20,000 bases of DNA from an uncultured virus (IMG/VR IMGVR_UViG_3300031841_004526) (taxonomy: Duplodnaviria > Heunggongvirae > Uroviricota > Caudoviricetes): the IMG/VR virus record IMGVR_UViG_3300031841_004526; one strand, given 5' to 3'. Under the pieces are notes generated by a model. The model was not told the DNA's origin, did no database searches, and saw only the letters and a list, made by a program, of their open reading frames with translations. A program made the translations under genes and the position numbers. Position 1 is the stretch's first letter, and each line of letters starts with the position of its first letter. Below are positions 8,112 through 16,552 of this stretch, one piece after another.

Positions 8112-9139
8112 TCTGTACTTCCAGGGGCTTTGTAATATCCTACATTGTAACCGGGCACAGTGTATTCGTCAACCACATTTTTTATTCCTTTCAACTCAAT
8201 ATCATGTTTGACTTGTTCGCACATCGTCATAAAGTCGCCTTGGTGACATAATTGACCCTGACGATATTCTATCAACGGTGTTACGTTAGTATTATCAAAG
8301 GAATTTTTCCCATAATGACAAAGCTTAGTGCATTTCCAGCTTTTGCTCAATTTGGGCTTTTTGCATTTTTTAATTTCGTCAAATTTTGTCCTCAATAAAT
8401 CTTCAGTCTTAAATATGTCAGATCTATCAAATGTCATACTAAATGGACCGCCATCATTGATAAAATATATAGTCACAATGCAGTGTTTCAATTCTGGATA
8501 TAGTTTTTGAGCAGCATAGAAGTAGATCATAAGTTGTGGATCTTTTTCTAGCTTTTCCTGTGTTTTTTCCTCACCAGTTGCCCAATTCAATCTTCTTCCG
8601 GTTTTCCAGTCGATAATTTCTAAGGTGTCATCATTCACCTTGGTAATTAAGTCAATGGTTCCTTTAATTGCTAGTGTGCCTTGTAAATCCCCGTAGTTAT
8701 ATTTTGCCCACGGTTTATCTATAACAATATCAAACTGTTGTTCTGGATACAATATATCACGATTACGTGGATCAAACATACCGTCTGCATATTCAATAGC
8801 CTTATAGGACCATGCCCTACAGTCTTTGCGGTCTTTGTCGCTCCAAGTATGATGCTTGAACTGAGAAGTATAAAAGTCGTAAACGTCATTAATGATATTA
8901 TCCAGATTATAATTATGGATATCTACATTGCCTATGATGTCATCCTCAAAGGAGTGCTCTTCTTTTTGTTCGGTAAATTTGATAAATGCTAATATCTCTA
9001 ATACTTTATGTACTATGGTGCCTTTGTCTGCTTTTTTATTTGAAGGCGATCTATATCCTAATACATAATCAAAGAAGTATTGTTGCTCACACATATTGTG
9101 CGTATTATATGATGAGCTACGGAAATATGTTATTATAAT
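8108..9139 (-). CDS. PD-(D/E)XK exonuclease, Cas4/AddB/RecB-like, with probable Fe-S cluster ligands
   Basis: 'KGTIVHKVLE', 'PEQQF', 'KGTIDL', 'IIDWKTG' and 'QLMIY', with one N-terminal Cys plus C-terminal 'CTKLC...C'. The first ATG is at 9094, but the frame is open further upstream and a strong SD points to ATT at 9139 (see findings). Confidence 0.85.
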   Translation of the reverse strand: MIITYFRSSSYNTHNMCEQQYFFDYVLGYRSPSNKKADKGTIVHKVLEILAFIKFTEQKEEHSFEDDIIGNVDIHNYNLDNIINDVYDFYTSQFKHHTWSDKDRKDCRAWSYKAIEYADGMFDPRNRDILYPEQQFDIVIDKPWAKYNYGDLQGTLAIKGTIDLITKVNDDTLEIIDWKTGRRLNWATGEEKTQEKLEKDPQLMIYFYAAQKLYPELKHCIVTIYFINDGGPFSMTFDRSDIFKTEDLLRTKFDEIKKCKKPKLSKSWKCTKLCHYGKNSFDNTNVTPLIEYRQGQLCHQGDFMTMCEQVKHDIELKGIKNVVDEYTVPGYNVGYYKAPGSTE

Positions 9140-9714
9140 GGTAATACTCCTTTGTTTTGAAGAAATTTTTGAATGATCTCATTTTTTTCGTCTAGACACA
9201 TCTGATTGTTATCTATCGAATAATCAAAGTTCTTGGGGTTGTATTCTGAATCATCCAATGCTGTCTCGCTTGCGTGTGATGAGTGATACAGGTTTCTATT
9301 AAGTTTGATTACCAGACCACCCGCTTTTTTAACAGCCTCAACCTCGTTGGGAAAACGACAATCTGCTATGAGTGCGAGTGGTAGATTTTCGTAATGAATT
9401 TTCCTAATCGTTGCATCTGCCCAAACATTCTGTTGCATTTTACGAAACATATCAGTGCCTACAATTTGCATAACTTCTCTTGCAGACAACTGTTTTCCTT
9501 TCCAGTAACAATCCACCAATTCATTTTTGTGCTTATCGGTACCATAGCACTGATTATAGGTTAATCCTAATATGGTTTGACACATGTGCTTTAGTGGATC
9601 AGCAAAGTTATATATGCAAGAATTTTCTTGCTTTTTGCTAGCCCACAGTTTTTGTACAAATTCGCAAGCACTAGTTTTACCAGATTGTTTTCTTCCTGCA
9701 AATGCTATAATCAT
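9133..9714 (-). CDS. Deoxynucleoside monophosphate kinase (phage dNMP kinase)
   Basis: P-loop 'GRKQSGKT', 'FADPLK', 'REVMQIVGTD', 'DCRFPNE' and 'HASE'. Confidence 0.92.
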   Translation of the reverse strand: MIIAFAGRKQSGKTSACEFVQKLWASKKQENSCIYNFADPLKHMCQTILGLTYNQCYGTDKHKNELVDCYWKGKQLSAREVMQIVGTDMFRKMQQNVWADATIRKIHYENLPLALIADCRFPNEVEAVKKAGGLVIKLNRNLYHSSHASETALDDSEYNPKNFDYSIDNNQMCLDEKNEIIQKFLQNKGVLPL

Positions 9715-10868
9715 AATTGGGCCTCTATTACTTGTTTAATTTCCTTGTCAATTTCTTCAGAAGTCATTTCTGCAATATCATTGCGACTAACATTTATACT
9801 GCATACATTATAGGTTTTGTTGCATTTATCATAGATATTTTGCGCTGCTTTTTGCCCAGCTTCGTCATTGTCCATAATTAAAAACAATGTCATTGCTCCA
9901 GATGCGTCCAATATAAGTTTTTGCTTTGGGCTTAGATTGGTTCCAAAAATCGCTAAGCTGTTATGTATGCCATTTTCCTCTAGTTTCCATACATTACCTG
10001 GGCTTTCAACTAGGATAGCATATCCTTGCTTAGATATATAGTCTTTCGCAAACCAGTGGTTGTAAAGGCAATCTTGCGTCTTAAAGCCACTATTATGTTT
10101 CCATTTAGAGTATTTCCATAAATTGTCACTGTCGGGACACTCACCATCATGATATCCTTTGCATTGATCACATCTGTCAAAAATACTTCTTCCGGTACAT
10201 CCAACCATATACCGATAAGACGAATCATATATTGGCACAACTATACGATTAGACATTGGCTTGTCAGGCTTGCTACATAATCCTACATCATACTTATCTA
10301 ATACTTCCTTGGTATATCCTCTGTCGATATAATATTGACAAGGTATATCTATTGTGCTTCTAATAAAGTCTCTAGTAATGGTAGGCTTTTCTGCCGGTTG
10401 ATTGGGAGCAATCGCACCTATTGCAGCAGTAAATCTTTTCTTATTTCTCTGTGCAGTATTTACTTTAATATCTTCTAGCTTTGTTTCAGTAAACTGTTCA
10501 CAAAATCTAACGGTTTCTTGGAAGGTACATACCTCGTCACCTTTTTTGTGCCACCCATACTTTTTGGTAGACAGCAAACCTCTAACAAAACCAATAATCG
10601 AGTCTTTAAAAGTATCTTCACAATTATGTGTTCTGCATTTCCAGTTACCACGATATGTATCACCTTCTGGATAAATATTGATGGCAGAGGGGTTGTCTCC
10701 ATGATGTATAGGACAACACATCGTATACATCTTACCATTATCCTTATAGTCAATATCAAAATAATCAAAGAGATCTTCTATTTTGTCACAAATTTGATCC
10801 CCAAGTATTTTGAGCTTTTCCTGATTACCATTATTCGAACGGTATCTCTTCACCGCTGCTTTCATCAA
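9711..10868 (-). CDS. DNA primase (zinc-binding domain plus TOPRIM)
   Basis: 'CCPIHHGDNPS...WKCRTHNC' zinc-binding domain, 'NRIVVPI', 'GCTGR', TOPRIM 'ILVESPGN' and 'MDNDEAG'. Adjacent to the helicase. The exact start is uncertain (38-nt overlap with dnaB). Confidence 0.9.
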   Translation of the reverse strand: MMKAAVKRYRSNNGNQEKLKILGDQICDKIEDLFDYFDIDYKDNGKMYTMCCPIHHGDNPSAINIYPEGDTYRGNWKCRTHNCEDTFKDSIIGFVRGLLSTKKYGWHKKGDEVCTFQETVRFCEQFTETKLEDIKVNTAQRNKKRFTAAIGAIAPNQPAEKPTITRDFIRSTIDIPCQYYIDRGYTKEVLDKYDVGLCSKPDKPMSNRIVVPIYDSSYRYMVGCTGRSIFDRCDQCKGYHDGECPDSDNLWKYSKWKHNSGFKTQDCLYNHWFAKDYISKQGYAILVESPGNVWKLEENGIHNSLAIFGTNLSPKQKLILDASGAMTLFLIMDNDEAGQKAAQNIYDKCNKTYNVCSINVSRNDIAEMTSEEIDKEIKQVIEAQL

Positions 10869-12279
10869 ACACCTCTTGATTATCTGAGCTTTGCATCAAT
10901 TCCAATCTGGTCTTACCTTCCGTAATTTTAGCACACCAACCTTTCATATTGCAGTTGATGTAGTCGTTGTCATCTAAACCTCCACCGTGCCGACTAACCA
11001 ACGGCAGTAGCTTACGATTACCATTTTCTGGCCCATCTTCTGCTATTTCTTCATCTGTTTTTCTTTTGAAGATGCTGAAGTTGCTACACAGCCAGATAAT
11101 TCTATCTGAACCGCTTGCTGTGTCTGTAGTTTCTTTAGTGATGCCATCACGATTAAGCTGTACAAATGCTACAATAGGTACTTTGTATCTTGTGGCAAAA
11201 TTATGTAAAGAGGTCATCATAAAACCAAGCACTTGATATTCTTTCATGTCTTGACTAATACCAGCACTATCCATCAGTTTCAAATAGTCGTAAAATATCA
11301 CACAGTCTTTTGCTGTGCCATCATCATTTAATCCAACCTCTTTAATCAGCCATCTTCTCATTAATGATATCTGATCTTCGAATGGTTGTCCAGCAATAGA
11401 TTTGTGAAAAATTTTCATATCTTTCAAATCTTTAGCTGCTTTTTCTATTTTACTTTTCTTGCTTGGTGATTGTGCAAATGCTCCGGTTTCTATACTATTG
11501 ATGTCTACCTCTGTCATCATGGCCAAGATACGATGAATATGATCTTCCTTGGTCATTTCGGTGTCAAGATTCAAGATTGGCACCTTTTGCTTAGATGCGA
11601 TATTAAAACCTATATTATCTGACAAAAGAGTTTTACCTGTCTTTGGTCTAGCAGCAATGACGTTGACTGTGCTTCGTCGCAAGCCTCCACCAATAGATTG
11701 ATCGTATATTGGAAATCCAGTAGGAATACCAATTTGGTCTATAGGGTTTTCGGCCAGAGACTTGATATAATCCTCAACCTCATCACCAATAATCGTAGGA
11801 TGATTATCTGTATCATTTAGTAAAGAAGAAAAGTTGAATATTATGTCTTCTGCTATACCTACAATATTCCCTACTGGCTCAGTGCCTTTGACTTCACCAA
11901 CCTTGCTCTTGGCCTGATCTAGCTGCTTTTCTAGCAATCTAGCTATTTCTAGCTTTCTGATCTTGGCAGCAAATTTACGAACATTATCTAATTCTACAGG
12001 GAAATTTATAATAGCCTGTAAATGCTGAACTTCTTCTTTTTTGTCAAAAACCGCAGATAGCTTCAGTTCTTCAGCAGCAGAGAAGACTGTGGCTATATCT
12101 AGCTTTGCATTTGGGTTGTGCTCAAAGATGTGTTTGAGACATTTGAATATTACCACATTACTATCAATAGTGAATGTGTTTTCCTGAATAATATCGGCAA
12201 TATCATAATAGGCGTCCTCACCATGATTATAGACACCCGATAATACCGCACGTTCAGCTGATACGTCTGCTAATTTCAT
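10831..12279 (-). CDS. dnaB: Replicative DNA helicase, DnaB family
   Basis: N-terminal 'AERAVL', 'GIPTGF..YD...GGL', Walker A 'ARPKTGKT', 'LDTEM', 'YDYLKL' and 'VQLNR'. Confidence 0.96.
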   Translation of the reverse strand: MKLADVSAERAVLSGVYNHGEDAYYDIADIIQENTFTIDSNVVIFKCLKHIFEHNPNAKLDIATVFSAAEELKLSAVFDKKEEVQHLQAIINFPVELDNVRKFAAKIRKLEIARLLEKQLDQAKSKVGEVKGTEPVGNIVGIAEDIIFNFSSLLNDTDNHPTIIGDEVEDYIKSLAENPIDQIGIPTGFPIYDQSIGGGLRRSTVNVIAARPKTGKTLLSDNIGFNIASKQKVPILNLDTEMTKEDHIHRILAMMTEVDINSIETGAFAQSPSKKSKIEKAAKDLKDMKIFHKSIAGQPFEDQISLMRRWLIKEVGLNDDGTAKDCVIFYDYLKLMDSAGISQDMKEYQVLGFMMTSLHNFATRYKVPIVAFVQLNRDGITKETTDTASGSDRIIWLCSNFSIFKRKTDEEIAEDGPENGNRKLLPLVSRHGGGLDDNDYINCNMKGWCAKITEGKTRLELMQSSDNQEVFDESSGEEIPFE

Positions 12280-12280
12280 T

Positions 12281-12634
12281 TTATCCAGCCATAGAAGAAC
12301 ATTTGTTACATTTATATCGCTCTACAGAGTCTGATATTAAGCCAGGATTAACCTGATCCTTTTTTCCACAAACTCTACAAGTTACATCAACTGGCACATA
12401 CGATCTATTTCTTGGCACCAGAGGTTGCACAGATAGCTTTTTATCTATCTCGCTATCTGCTTTGTGCATATTCTTTTCGGCCATACTATCAAACTTATTT
12501 ACTCGCTTCTTTTTTGTATTTATAGACTTACTTTTAATAACACTATTTTCATGTTCTTCAGCATCATCTTGCGGCAGCATATTGCTTAGCATCTGGATCA
12601 TTTGTTTAATTTGATCTGGAGTTAAGTTATCCAT
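12281..12634 (-). CDS. Hypothetical protein with a C-terminal zinc ribbon
   Basis: 'CRVCGK...YKCNKC'. It is tightly packed between its neighbours, ending 1 nt before the dnaB ATG. Confidence 0.8.
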   Translation of the reverse strand: MDNLTPDQIKQMIQMLSNMLPQDDAEEHENSVIKSKSINTKKKRVNKFDSMAEKNMHKADSEIDKKLSVQPLVPRNRSYVPVDVTCRVCGKKDQVNPGLISDSVERYKCNKCSSMAG

Positions 12635-13115
12635 TATTAGTAACCTTTATTCTAGAGACCGACATTAATATGTCTGATAAATTCTTTATGCTGTTAGATA
12701 GATATGATAATCTATCCATTCTTTGTTTTGCGTACTTCCTAATCTTACTTAATTTACTAGCTCTTTCATTATGTTTAATGGCTTGATATGCTTTTTCTAC
12801 ATACCCATACCCTTTGTAGTTATTGATTTCATCACCAATCACCTCTTTGATCGTCTCATCTGCCCAATTATACCTTGCTGTTTCACGATTGCAAGTCCTT
12901 TGAATATGAAAGCTGAATTGAGCTAACCTGAATGATATCTCAGCACATTGTTGAGGTGTATGTTTCTCAATCACATCTCTATTCATTGTTAAGTATGATT
13001 GCAGTTCACTTTCTGGTAATACATCTTCTGTATACGAGCATAAACCCAGAGTTTTCTCGTAGTCATCAAGAATATTATCCCAGTTTTCTAATTCTTCTTT
13101 AACCGTTTTGTTCAT
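12627..13115 (-). CDS. Hypothetical helical protein, possibly a UvsY-like recombination mediator
   Basis: 162 aa with coiled-coil-like periodicity in the C-terminal half ('LSKIRKYAKQRMDRLSYLSNSIKNLSDIL'), two genes downstream of the recombinase. The ORF is solid; the function is inferred. Confidence 0.6.
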   Translation of the reverse strand: MNKTVKEELENWDNILDDYEKTLGLCSYTEDVLPESELQSYLTMNRDVIEKHTPQQCAEISFRLAQFSFHIQRTCNRETARYNWADETIKEVIGDEINNYKGYGYVEKAYQAIKHNERASKLSKIRKYAKQRMDRLSYLSNSIKNLSDILMSVSRIKVTNNG

Positions 13116-13512
13116 TGATTATCTCCAACCATTTATCTGTTTCATTATAGGGTAGTTCAATAACTGCAATATCATTTAATCTGCACCACTCTTTTTTTTC
13201 ACGATCTCTCTTTTTGTGTTTCATAAAGTTGAGCTTACTGCCATGGAAAAATGGCGTGTATTTGTAGTGCTGTTCACCATGAACCTCTATACAAATTCTA
13301 GCAAGCGGAACGAAAAAGTCAAGGTACAGCGTTTCCGCTTTGCGTAATGGAATACCCACTTCTTCCAGAATCTGCATTGTAGGAAATACTTGGTGAATTA
13401 ATTCTCTAGCTTTCAGATGTAATGCAGACTTGTTTTTTAGTGTGCCTTTAGCAATATGGCCCTTTAGGGACCATCTTTGCATTTGACCATCTAAATCGAC
13501 CACATCAATCAT
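13099..13512 (-). CDS. Vsr/DUF559-like PD-(D/E)XK endonuclease
   Basis: 'LYLDFF...ICIEVHGEQHY...RDREKKEWC..NDIAVIELPY'. Confidence 0.8.
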   Translation of the reverse strand: MIDVVDLDGQMQRWSLKGHIAKGTLKNKSALHLKARELIHQVFPTMQILEEVGIPLRKAETLYLDFFVPLARICIEVHGEQHYKYTPFFHGSKLNFMKHKKRDREKKEWCRLNDIAVIELPYNETDKWLEIINEQNG

Positions 13513-14525
13513 TTTATACCCATAGTATCCTTAATTTCACCCCACAATGTATTGTATACATCTGGGTTTTCTGCAATGTAATTTCTGGTTTTTTCTTCTC
13601 CTTGAAATTTAGGCTTATCTTTAATGGCTGTAATTGTATACCAAGATCCGGCCAAGTCAATGAGTCCTATGTCTTTAGCTAGACTGCATATCTCCATAGC
13701 CTTATCAATACCTTCGCCATATCTTAGATAGCTTTTAATATTGCCTCCAGGAGGACCTAATGCTGAACATAAAACTTGCCAGTCAATAGTCTGTCCAATT
13801 TGAGTATTGTCTTTACCGACTGTCCAAGGCGAGAAAAATTTAGCCCTTAACTTAACGTCTGTTTGGTACGCAATAGCTTGACCAGACTTTTCTTTAAATT
13901 CTACATTACCATACCCTGGATTACCCATAAGATGAGTAATGCCAATTACGATATTTTTATTGACAGGAATAACATTAGCAACCTTTCTGCAAAATTTAGC
14001 AAGTAGTTTTGCTCCATCTGCACGTTGCATTTTTTCCATATCTGATGTAATTTCTGCTTCTGTACACAATGCAGAATAAGAGTCAATAATTAGTACAGAT
14101 CCAGGTTCGTTATTAATGATCTGCTCAGCTATTTGCAAGTATTCTTCTGCGTGAAGAATTTTACCCTGCTGTGATCCAATGATATTGAATTTGTCGAGAT
14201 TAAGATGAGGAATACCTTCTAGGTCTCTCTTTTTTAAGCGACCTTCTATATTTAGATAATATACATTGCGACCATCTTTAAAGTCATCGTAACCATACTC
14301 TGGTTTTTGAGCAGTAGCGGCGAAGTCTAGGGACGTTGTGGTTTTACCGCATTTGGGCTGTCCGGTGAAGATAATAAAACTACCCTCTGGGATACCACCA
14401 TTTAAAACCATGTCCAAAGAGGGGCTTACTGGAATGGTGATTAGGTTTTGATCCACAACAGCATTAGCAGACATCAAGATGCCATCACCGAATTTTTTCT
14501 TAACACTGTCTTTAACTTTACTCAT
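13509..14525 (-). CDS. RecA/UvsX-like recombinase
   Basis: 'SPSLDMVLNGGIPEG', Walker A 'GQPKCGKTT', Walker B 'LIIDSYSAL', 'SGQAIAY', 'YGEGID' and 'AGSWY...KFQG'. It is divergent from cellular RecA. Start at ATG 14525 or 14531. Confidence 0.92.
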   Translation of the reverse strand: MSKVKDSVKKKFGDGILMSANAVVDQNLITIPVSPSLDMVLNGGIPEGSFIIFTGQPKCGKTTTSLDFAATAQKPEYGYDDFKDGRNVYYLNIEGRLKKRDLEGIPHLNLDKFNIIGSQQGKILHAEEYLQIAEQIINNEPGSVLIIDSYSALCTEAEITSDMEKMQRADGAKLLAKFCRKVANVIPVNKNIVIGITHLMGNPGYGNVEFKEKSGQAIAYQTDVKLRAKFFSPWTVGKDNTQIGQTIDWQVLCSALGPPGGNIKSYLRYGEGIDKAMEICSLAKDIGLIDLAGSWYTITAIKDKPKFQGEEKTRNYIAENPDVYNTLWGEIKDTMGIK

Positions 14526-14931
14526 TATCAATGTCCTTTAATTTAGATATAATACCTTTTTTGCTTTTTGGTTTTTGATAGGTTTGTTTATTGCGATCAA
14601 GCTCCAATGTTAATTCTGTATTCTGTACAGATATAATCTTCTCGTGTTCTATAATAATTGGCTCTAGGAATTTTGACCTTAACGAATATGTTTTGTAAGA
14701 TCTTTTATCCTTGATGGCTGCAATAATAGCTTTATCGCTATATTTTTTAAGCAGCTTATGGGCTGTGAAGATTTGACCTTTATAGAATTTTTCCCACTCC
14801 TTACTTACCCAAAATCTGTAATGCAAATCCTTCTTATCCATCCTGGCTTTGGTTTCACAAATTAGCTCAGTAATATATTGAGCAGCAGAAACCTTTTTGC
14901 CGTTCGAATATTTGGAGATATATTTAGTCAC
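14518..14931 (-). CDS. Hypothetical protein, basic
   Basis: Start reassigned to GTG at 14931 (VTKYISKYS), which overlaps the upstream stop. No motif recognised. Confidence 0.7.
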   Translation of the reverse strand: MTKYISKYSNGKKVSAAQYITELICETKARMDKKDLHYRFWVSKEWEKFYKGQIFTAHKLLKKYSDKAIIAAIKDKRSYKTYSLRSKFLEPIIIEHEKIISVQNTELTLELDRNKQTYQKPKSKKGIISKLKDIDNE

Positions 14932-15256
14932 GAGATCTACGTATACACGAATCAAATTTGGTATTGGTTGTATTTCTAGCCGCTTTTGCTGCTTCATCAG
15001 CTAGTTGAGCGGCACCTTCTGTCATTATAGTAACATTCTTGGTGCCTTTGCTGCAAGTTTGTTTGATAAAGCTGCTGTCCTTAGTAGAACTTGATGCGGT
15101 TTTGATATTAGCTCGCCCTTCTGGATCAATATGCAACGCTTGCTTGATTGACTCTGCTGTTACATCAATCTCCTTAGCAATATTCGTTACTTCCATACCG
15201 ATGACTTCGTGTAAGTATCGGGCTGCATATTCCTTAACTTTTGATATCTTTGCCAT
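14924..15256 (-). CDS. Hypothetical protein, possible N-terminal helix-turn-helix
   Basis: ATG at 15256 (TAATG overlap). 'GMEVTNIAKEIDVTAESIKQAL' fits an HTH pattern. Confidence 0.7.
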   Translation of the reverse strand: MAKISKVKEYAARYLHEVIGMEVTNIAKEIDVTAESIKQALHIDPEGRANIKTASSSTKDSSFIKQTCSKGTKNVTIMTEGAAQLADEAAKAARNTTNTKFDSCIRRSRD

Positions 15257-15627
15257 TATTCCATCTCTCTTTCTGCATTTCGAAGCCATGCTATATTTTT
15301 AGTTTTGAGAAAATTAGTATACAACGAGAAAACCTTTGGTGAAACAGCTTTAAATTCCCAAGCCTTCTTACCAATTTTGGTCATAAACTTATTGGACATA
15401 CCTTCTGAGTATAAGCCAATAGGATTGTAAATTTTGCCATGAGCGCCTAGCTTAATAAAATACCGCTCACCATCATTAGAAGATATTTTTTTAGCTAAAA
15501 CATCTCCAGTACCATCTTCCAGTCTAGGATAATTATCATTATCTAAATAGTCATGTTGACCAAATAGTGTGTAATAATCATAAGTCTTATCTTCTTCGAT
15601 TTTCTGCTTAATGTTGTATGTTTCCAT
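15256..15627 (-). CDS. Hypothetical protein
   Basis: Start reassigned to ATG at 15627 (METYNIK), 1 nt after the upstream stop. No motif recognised. Confidence 0.75.
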   Translation of the reverse strand: METYNIKQKIEEDKTYDYYTLFGQHDYLDNDNYPRLEDGTGDVLAKKISSNDGERYFIKLGAHGKIYNPIGLYSEGMSNKFMTKIGKKAWEFKAVSPKVFSLYTNFLKTKNIAWLRNAEREME

Positions 15628-15628
15628 A

Positions 15629-15973
15629 TTATTTAGGCCAGATGGTTTTTGGCCCCTTCTCCATTCTTGACATTCCTGTTGGTAATTCGCCGCCGTTTTT
15701 TTCTTCCTTATATGCGTTGTGTTTAGCGTACAATGCTTGTTTTTGGTCAGCACTCATTTTTTCGCTATTTCTATGTGCCAAATGTCCTAGTGTTTTTATT
15801 TCGCTATCTGATAATCTAACAAACCCAGTAGCATTACTAAGGTCATCCGCATACGATCTGTCAGCTTTGGCCTTACACTTTTCGCATTTTTGATCGTCCG
15901 TATAATTATCGAACGTCATAAACAACTCAAATTTATGTTGACACTTACAACACACAAAAGTATATGTAGGCAT
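15629..15973 (-). CDS. FmdB-family zinc-ribbon protein
   Basis: ATG at 15973 (TAATG overlap). 'MPTYTFVCCKCQHKFE...CEKC' matches the FmdB pattern MPxYxYxCxxC...FE...CxxC. Confidence 0.85.
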   Translation of the reverse strand: MPTYTFVCCKCQHKFELFMTFDNYTDDQKCEKCKAKADRSYADDLSNATGFVRLSDSEIKTLGHLAHRNSEKMSADQKQALYAKHNAYKEEKNGGELPTGMSRMEKGPKTIWPK

Positions 15974-16551
15974 TATTTCTTCACTATATGAGACACGTAA
16001 GGAGACCATTCGTCTGGTATCTTATCTATTGTAATCAGATACTGGAAGATTGGCAAGTATTTTTCGCTTTTCGATGGTGCATATGGTGATTTTAATAATG
16101 GCATTTTGGCTTGTTGTGGTGTTTTGTCTCCTTTCTGGAGATTGCATTTCACACAAGCTGTTGTAATATTTAACCAGTTAGTTGGCTTACGACCACTATT
16201 CGCAGGCCATTTAGATTTTGGTATAACATGATCATATGTTAATTGTCTTAAGTCTTTACGAGAACCGCAATATTGACATGTATAATTATCTCTGATGAAT
16301 AGATTTCTTCTAGAGAATTTAATTGGGCGATTAAATATATTGTAGAACTTTAAGAGTCTTACGACAGAAGGCACAGCCACCGTCTTAGACGATGACTGTA
16401 TACCATCTTTGTCGTAGTAAGATAATACTTCTATATTTTGAGAATACCCATTCTGACTTCTGTACCATAAGATCATAGCTTTTTGCCATGAAATTGTACA
16501 TAAAGGCATATAATTGCCGTTTAGTACTAGGCAGTCTTTATGGGCTTTCAT
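15973..16551 (-). CDS. HNH endonuclease (McrA-like, zinc-binding)
   Basis: ATG at 16551 (MKAHKDCLVLN). 'LVLNGNYMPL', 'PSVVRL', 'RDNYTCQYCG', 'TYDHVIPKS' and 'WLNITTACVKCNLQKG'. Confidence 0.92.
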   Translation of the reverse strand: MKAHKDCLVLNGNYMPLCTISWQKAMILWYRSQNGYSQNIEVLSYYDKDGIQSSSKTVAVPSVVRLLKFYNIFNRPIKFSRRNLFIRDNYTCQYCGSRKDLRQLTYDHVIPKSKWPANSGRKPTNWLNITTACVKCNLQKGDKTPQQAKMPLLKSPYAPSKSEKYLPIFQYLITIDKIPDEWSPYVSHIVKK

Positions 16552-16552
16552 T

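Noticed and set aside
8108..9139. CRISPR-Cas system, suggested by the Cas4-like gene
   Set aside because: No repeat-spacer array or other cas gene is in the window.
15973..16551. HNH gene as a mobile homing endonuclease or intron ORF
   Set aside because: It interrupts no gene, is coupled to both neighbours, and has the N-terminal 'LVLN..Y.PL' domain of a widespread stand-alone HNH family.
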